Part shown: positions 55,701 through 64,000 of the stretch, piece after piece
Layout of the letters: each line of letters begins with the position of its first letter
How positions within the stretch are numbered: position 1 is the stretch's first letter
DNA from: Eledone cirrhosa
Taxonomy: Eukaryota
DNA: 64,000 nt
Direction of reading: 5' to 3'
Assembly: GCA_964016885.1 (NCBI GenBank)
Contig: OZ024744.1
Span: forward strand, 12,028,001-12,092,000
Notes under the pieces: generated by a model
The model's input: only the letters and a program-made list of their open reading frames with translations
What the model was told of the DNA's origin: nothing
The model's database searches: none
Translations under genes and position numbers: made by a program

Positions 55701-58700
55701 GTGACCATCTAATGACGGTCTATAACATAAAACATTCTATTTGTCCATCTAATGACTGTCTATAACATAAAATATACTATTTGTCCATCTAATGACGGTC
55801 TATAACATAAAACATTCTATTTGACCATCTAATGACTCTCTATAACATAAAACATTCTATTTGACCATCTAATGACTGTCTATAACATGAAGGATTCTAT
55901 GTGACGATCTAATCACTGTCTATAACATGAAACATTCTATTTGTCCATCTAATGACTGTCTATAACATGAAACATTCAATTTGTCCATCTAATGACGGTC
56001 TATAACATAAAACATTCTATTTCACCATCTAATGACTGTCTATAACATAAAACATTCTATTTGACAATCTAATGACTGTCTATAACATAAAACATTCTAA
56101 TTGACCATCGAATGACTGTCTATAACATAAGACATTCTATTTGACAATCTAATAACTGTCTATAACATAAAACATTCTATTTGACCATCTAATGACTGTC
56201 TATAACATAAAACATTCTATGTGACCATCTAATGACAGTCTATAACATAAAACATTCTATTTGACCATCAAATGACTCTCTATAACATAAAACGTTCTAT
56301 TTGACCATCTAATCACTGTCTTTAACATAAAACATTCTATTTGTCCATCTAATGACTGTCTATAACATAAAACATTCTATTTGACCATCTAATGACGGTC
56401 TATAACATAAAACATTCTATGTGACCATCTAATGACAGTCTATAACATAAAACATTCTATGTGACCATCTAATGACAGTCTATAACATAAAACATTCTAT
56501 TTGACAATATAATGACTTTTATAGCATAAAACATTTTATGTGACCATCTAATGACAGTCTATAACATAAAACATTCTATGTGACCATCTAATGACGGTCT
56601 ATAACATAAAACATTCTATTTGTCCATCTAATGACTGTCTATAACATAAAACATACTATTTGTCCATCTAATGACGGTCTATAACATAAAACATTCTATT
56701 TGACCATCTAATGACTCTCTATAACATAAAACATTCTATTTGACCATCTAATGACTGTCTATAACATGAAGGATTCTATGTGACGATCTAATCTCTGTCT
56801 ATAACATGAAACATTCTATTTGTCCATCTAATGACTGTCTATAACATGAAACGTTCAATTTGTCCATCTAATGACGGTCTATAACATAAAACATTCTATT
56901 TCACCATCTAATGACTGTCTATAACATAAAACATTCTATTTGACAATCTAATGACTGTCTATAACATAAAACATTCTAATTGACCATCGAATGACTGTCT
57001 ATAACATAAAACGTTCTATTTGTCCATCTAATCTCGGTCAATAACATAAAACATTCTATTTGACCATCTAATGACTCTCTATAACATAAAACATTCTATG
57101 TGACCATCTAATGACTGTCTATAACATAAAACATTCTATTTGACCATATAATGACTTTTATAACATAAACCATTCTATGTGACCATCTAATGACAGTCTA
57201 TAACATAAAACATTCTATGTGACCATCTAATGACGGTCTATAACATAAAACATTCTATTTGTCCATCTAATGACTGTCTATAACATAAAATATACTATTT
57301 GTCCATCTAATGACGGTCTATAACATAAAACATTCTATTTGACCATCTAATGACTCTCTATAACATAAAACATTCTATTTGACCATCTAATGACTGTCTA
57401 TAACATGAAGGATTCTATGTGACGATCTAATCACTGTCTATAACATGAAACATTCTATTTGTCCATCTAATGACTGTCTATAACATGAAACATTCAATTT
57501 GTCCATCTAATGACGGTCTATAACATAAAACATTCTATTTCACCATCTAATGACTGTCTATAACATAAAACATTCTATTTGACAATCTAATGACTGTCTA
57601 TAACATAAAACATTCTAATTGACCATCGAATGACTGTCTATAACATAAGACATTCTATTTGACAATCTAATAACTGTCTATAACATAAAACATTCTATTT
57701 GACCATCTAATGACTGTCTATAACATAAAACATTCTATGTGACCATCTAATGACAGTCTATAACATAAAACATTCTATTTGACCATCAAATGACTCTCTA
57801 TAACATAAAACGTTCTATTTGACCATCTAATCACTGTCTTTAACATAAAACATTCTATTTGTCCATCTAATGACTGTCTATAACATAAAACATTCTATTT
57901 GACCATCTAATGACGGTCTATAACATAAAACATTCTATGTGACCATCTAATGACATTCTATGTGACCATCTAATGACATTCTATAACATAAAACATTCCA
58001 TTTGTCCATCTAATGACTGTCTATAACATAAAACATTCTATTTGTCCATCTAATCTCGGTCTATAACATGAAACATTCAATTTGTCCATCTAATGACGGT
58101 CTATAACATAAAACATTCTATTTCACCATCTAATGACTGTCTATAACATAAAACATTCTATTTGACAATCTAATGACTGTCTATAACATAAAACATTCTA
58201 ATTGACCATCGAATGACTGTCTATAACATTAAACATTCTATTTCACCATCTAATGACTGTCTATAACATAAAACATTCTATTTGTCCATCTAATCTCGGT
58301 CTATAACATAAAACATTCTATGTGACCATCTAATGACAGTCTATAACATAAAACATTCTATTTGACCATCTAATGACTCTCTATAACATAAAACATTCTA
58401 TTTGACCATCTAATGACTGTCTATAACATAAAACATTCTATGTGACCATCTAATGACAGTCTATAACATAAAACATTCTATTTGACCATCAAATGAATGT
58501 CTATAACATAAAACATTCTATTTGTCCATCTAATGACTGTCTATAACATGAAACATTCTATTTGTCTATCTAATGGCGGTCTATAACATTAAACATTCTA
58601 TTTCACCATCTAATGACTGTCTATAACATAAAACATTCTATTTGACAATCTAATGACTGTCTATAACATACAACATTCTATTTGACCATCTAATGACTGT

Positions 58701-61700
58701 CTATAACCTAAAACATTCTATTTGACAAGCTAATGACTGTCTATAACATAAAACATTCTATTTGACCATCTAATGACTGTCTATAACATAAAACATTCTA
58801 TTTGACCATCTAATGACTATCTATAACATAGAACATTCTATTTGACAATCTAATGACAGTCTATAACATAAAACAACTATTTGTCCATCTAATGACGGTC
58901 TATAACATAAAACATTCTACGTGACCATCTAATGACTCTCTATAACAGAAAACATTCTATGTGACCATCTAATGACTGTCTATGACATAAGACATTCTAT
59001 TTGTCCATCCAATGACCGTCTATAACATAACACATTCTATTTGTCCATCTAATGACTCTCTATAACATAAAACATTCTATTTGACCATCTAATGACTGTC
59101 TATAACATAAAACATTCTATGTGACCATCTAATGACTGTCTATAACATAAAACATTCTATTTGTCCATGTAATGACTGTCTATAACATAAAACATTCTAT
59201 TTGTCCATCTAATGACGGTCTATAACATGAAACATTCTATTTGACCATATAATGACTGTCTATAACATAAAACATTCTATGTGACTATCTAATGACGGTC
59301 TATAACATAAAACATCTATTTGTCCATCTAATGACTGTCTATAACATAAAACGTTCTATTTGTCCATCTAATCTCGGTCAATAACATAAAACATTCTATT
59401 TGACCATCTAATGACTCTCTATAACATAAAACATTCTATGTGACCATCTAATGACTGTCTATAACATAAAACATTCTATTTGACCATATAATGACTTTTA
59501 TAACATAAACCATTCTATGTGACCATCTAATGACAGTCTATAACATAAAACATTCTATGTGACCATCTAATGACGGTCTATAACATAAAACATTCTATTT
59601 GTCCATCTAATGACTGTCTATAACATAAAATATACTATTTGTCCATCTAATGACGGTCTATAACATAAAACATTCTATTTGACCATCTAATGACTCTCTA
59701 TAACATAAAACATTCTATTTGACCATCTAATGACTGTCTATAACATGAAGGATTCTATGTGACGATCTAATCACTGTCTATAACATGAAACATTCTATTT
59801 GTCCATCTAATGACTGTCTATAACATGAAACATTCAATTTGTCCATCTAATGACGGTCTATAACATAAAACATTCTATTTCACCATCTAATGACTGTCTA
59901 TAACATAAAACATTCTATTTGACAATCTAATGACTGTCTATAACATAAAACATTCTAATTGACCATCGAATGACTGTCTATAACATAAGACATTCTATTT
60001 GACAATCTAATAACTGTCTATAACATAAAACATTCTATTTGACCATCTAATGACTGTCTATAACATAAAACATTCTATGTGACCATCTAATGACAGTCTA
60101 TAACATAAAACATTCTATTTGACCATCAAATGACTCTCTATAACATAAAACGTTCTATTTGACCATCTAATCACTGTCTTTAACATAAAACATTCTATTT
60201 GTCCATCTAATGACTGTCTATAACATAAAACATTCTATTTGACCATCTAATGACGGTCTATAACATAAAACATTCTATGTGACCATCTAATGACAGTCTA
60301 TAACATAAAACATTCTATGTGACCATCTAATGACAGTCTATAACATAAAACATTCTATTTGACAATATAATGACTTTTATAGCATAAAACATTTTATGTG
60401 ACCATCTAATGACAGTCTATAACATAAAACATTCTATGTGACCATCTAATGACGGTCTATAACATAAAACATTCTATTTGTCCATCTAATGACTGTCTAT
60501 AACATAAAACATACTATTTGTCCATCTAATGACGGTCTATAACATAAAACATTCTATTTGACCATCTAATGACTCTCTATAACATAAAACATTCTATTTG
60601 ACCATCTAATGACTGTCTATAACATGAAGGATTCTATGTGACGATCTAATCTCTGTCTATAACATGAAACATTCTATTTGTCCATCTAATGACTGTCTAT
60701 AACATGAAACGTTCAATTTGTCCATCTAATGACGGTCTATAACATAAAACATTCTATTTCACCATCTAATGACTGTCTATAACATAAAACATTCTATTTG
60801 ACAATCTAATGACTGTCTATAACATAAAACATTCTAATTGACCATCGAATGACTGTCTATAACATAAAACATTCTATGTGACCATCTAATGACAGTCTAT
60901 AACATAAAACATTCTATTTGACCATCAAATGACTGTCTATAACATAAAACGTTCTATTTGACCATCTAATCACTGTCTTTAACATAAAACATTCTATGTG
61001 ACCATCTAATGACAGTCTATAACATATAACATTCTATGTGACCATCTAATAACAGTCTATAACATAAAACATTCTATTTGACCATCTAATAACCGTCTAT
61101 AACATAAAATATTCTATTTGACCATCTAATGACTGTCTATAACATAGAAATTTCTATGTGACCATCTAATGATAGTCTATAATATAAAACATTCTATTTG
61201 ACCACAAATGAATGTCTATAACATAAAACATTCTATTTGACCATCTAATCGCTGTCTATAACATGAAGCATTCTATGTGACGATCTAATCACTGTCTATA
61301 ACATGAAACATTCTATTTGTCCATCTAATGACTGTCTATAACATGAAATATTCTATTTGTCCATCTAATGACGGTCTATAACATTAAACATTCTATTTCA
61401 CCATGTAATGACTGTCTATAACATAAAACATTCTATTTGACAATCTAATGACTGTCTATAACATAAAACATTCTATTTGAGCATCTAATGACTGTCTATA
61501 ACATAAAACATTCTATTTGACAATCTAATGACTCTCTATAACATAAAACATTCTATTTGACCATCTAATGACTATCTATAACATAAAACATTCTATTTGA
61601 CAATCTAATGACAGTCTATAACATAACACATTCTATTTCACCATCTAATGACTGTCTAGAACGTAAAACATTCTATGTAACCATGTAATGACGGTATATA

Positions 61701-64000
61701 ACATAACACATTCTATTTAACCATCTAATGACGGTCTATAACATAAAGCAACTATTTGTCCATCTAATGACGGTCTATAACATAAAACATTCTACGTGAC
61801 CATCTAATGACTGTCTATGACATAAAACATTCTATTTGTCCATCTAATGATCGTCTATAACATAACACATTATATTTGTCCATCTAATGACGGTCTATAA
61901 CATAAAACATTCTATTTGTCCATCTAATGACTCTCTATAACATAAAACATTCTATTTGTCCATCTAATGACGGTCTATAACATAAAACATGCTATTTGTC
62001 CATCTAATGACGGTCTATAACATAAAACATTCTATTTGACCATCTAATGACTGTCCATAACATAAAACATTCTATGTGACCATCTAATGACTGTCTATAA
62101 CATAAAACATTCTATTTGTCCTTTTAATGACTGTCTATAACATAGAACATTCTATTTGTCCATCTAATGACTGTCTATAACATAGAACATTCTATTTGTC
62201 CATCTAATGACTGTCTATAACATAGAACATTCTATGTGACCATCTAATGACTATCTATAACATAATACATTCTATTTGTCCATCTAATGACTGTCTATAA
62301 CATGAAACATTCTATTTGTCCATCTAATGACGGTCTATAACATTAAACATTCTATTTCACCATCTAATGACTGTCTATAGCATAAAACATTCTATTTGAC
62401 AATCTAATGATTGTCAATAACATAAAACATTCTATTTGACCATCTAACGACTGTCTATAACATAAAACATTCTATTTGACCATCTAATGACGATCTATAA
62501 CATAAAACATTCTATTTGACCATCTAATGACGGTCTATAACATAAAACATTCTAATTGACCATCTAATGACTCTCTATAACATAAAACATTCTATTTGAC
62601 CATCTAATGACTGTCTATAACATAAAACAATCTATGTGACCATCTAATGACAGTCTATAACATAAAACATTCTATTTGACCATCAAATGACTGTCTATAA
62701 CATAAAACATTCTATTTGACCGTCTAATGACTGTCTATAACATGAAGGATTCTATGTGACGATCTAATCACTGTCTATAACATGAAACATTCTATTTGTC
62801 TATCTAATGACTGTCTATAACATGAAACATTCTATTTGTCCATCTAATGACGGTCTATAACATTAAACATTCTATTTCACCATCTAATGACTGTCTATAA
62901 CATAACACATTCTATTTGACCATCTAATGACTGTCTAGAACGTAAAACATTCTATTTAACGATGTAATGACGGTATATAACATAACACATTCTATTTGTC
63001 CATCTAATGACGGTCTATAACATAAAACATTCTATGTGACCATCTAATGACATTCTATAACATAAAACATTCTATTTGTCCATCTAATGACTGTCTATAA
63101 CATAAAACATTCTATTTGTCTATCTAATCTCGGTCTATAACATAAAACATTCTATGTGACCATCTAATGACAGTCTATAACATAAAACATTCTATTTGAC
63201 CATCTAATGACTCTCTATAACATAAAACATTCTATTTGACCATCTAGTGAATGTCTATAACATAAAACATTCTATGTGACCATCTAATGACAGTCTATAA
63301 CATAAAACATTCTATTTGACCATCAAATGAATGTCTATAACATAAAACATTCTATTTGTCCATCTAATGACTGTCTATAACATGAAACATTCTATTTGTC
63401 CATCTAATGACGGTCTATAACATTAAACATTCTATTTCACCATCTAATGACTGTCTATAACATAAAACATTCTATTTGACAATCTAATGACTGTCTATAA
63501 CATACAACATTCTATTTGACCATCTAATGACTGTCTATAACATATAACATTCTATTTGACAAGCTAATGACTGTCTATAACATAAAACATTCTATTTGAC
63601 CATCTAATGACTGTCTATAACATAAAACATTCTATTTGACCATCTAATGACTATCTATAACATAGAACATTCTATCTGACAATCTAATGACAGTCTATAA
63701 CATAAAACAACTATTTGTCCATCTAATGACGGTCTATAACATAAAACATTCTACGTGACCATCTAATGACTCTCTATAACATAAAACATTCTATGTGACC
63801 ATCTAATGACTGTCTATGACATAAGACATTCTATTTGTCCATCTAATGACCGTCTATAACATAACACATTATATTTGTCCATCTAATGACTCTCTATAAC
63901 ATAAAACATTCTATTTGTCCATCTAATGACGGTCTATAACATAAAACATTCTATTTGTCCATCTAATGACGGTCTATAACATAAAACATTCTATTTGTCC
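40707..64000. repeat. Satellite C: >23 kb, 40-bp unit ATAAAACATTCTATTTGACCATCTAATGACTGTCTATAAC (~580 units, runs off window)
   Basis: Uninterrupted array read directly, with block duplications of 2340 and 3858 bp. Confidence 0.98.

Overview
Eukaryotic, repeat-dominated window. The retroposon termini look to me like coleoid cephalopod/octopus repeats, but that is recollection, not a search result. The only host coding sequence I can support is three small GT-AG exons on the + strand (7652-7757, 38108-38212, 38962-39047). They splice in frame into a CCDC42/CFAP73-family (DUF4200-type) ciliary coiled-coil protein. Everything else is inferred to be intron. It holds two L1/Tx1-like LINE 3' fragments, one near full-length RTE LINE with a PHD-type finger and a single nonsense codon, a CR1-type LINE interrupted by a 5'-truncated RTE (6-bp TSD), RTE tail fragments, a SINE remnant and a possible MITE. 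It also holds several tandem arrays, including a 23.7-kb satellite of 34-43-bp units and a >23-kb satellite of 40-bp units, both with kb-scale higher-order blocks. The main observation is that most arrays run directly into the transposon fragment they appear to derive from: RTE 3'UTR, RTE (CAT)n tail plus flank, SINE head and possibly a MITE. The result is satellite-filled giant introns in an axonemal gene. There is no prokaryotic system and no CRISPR array.
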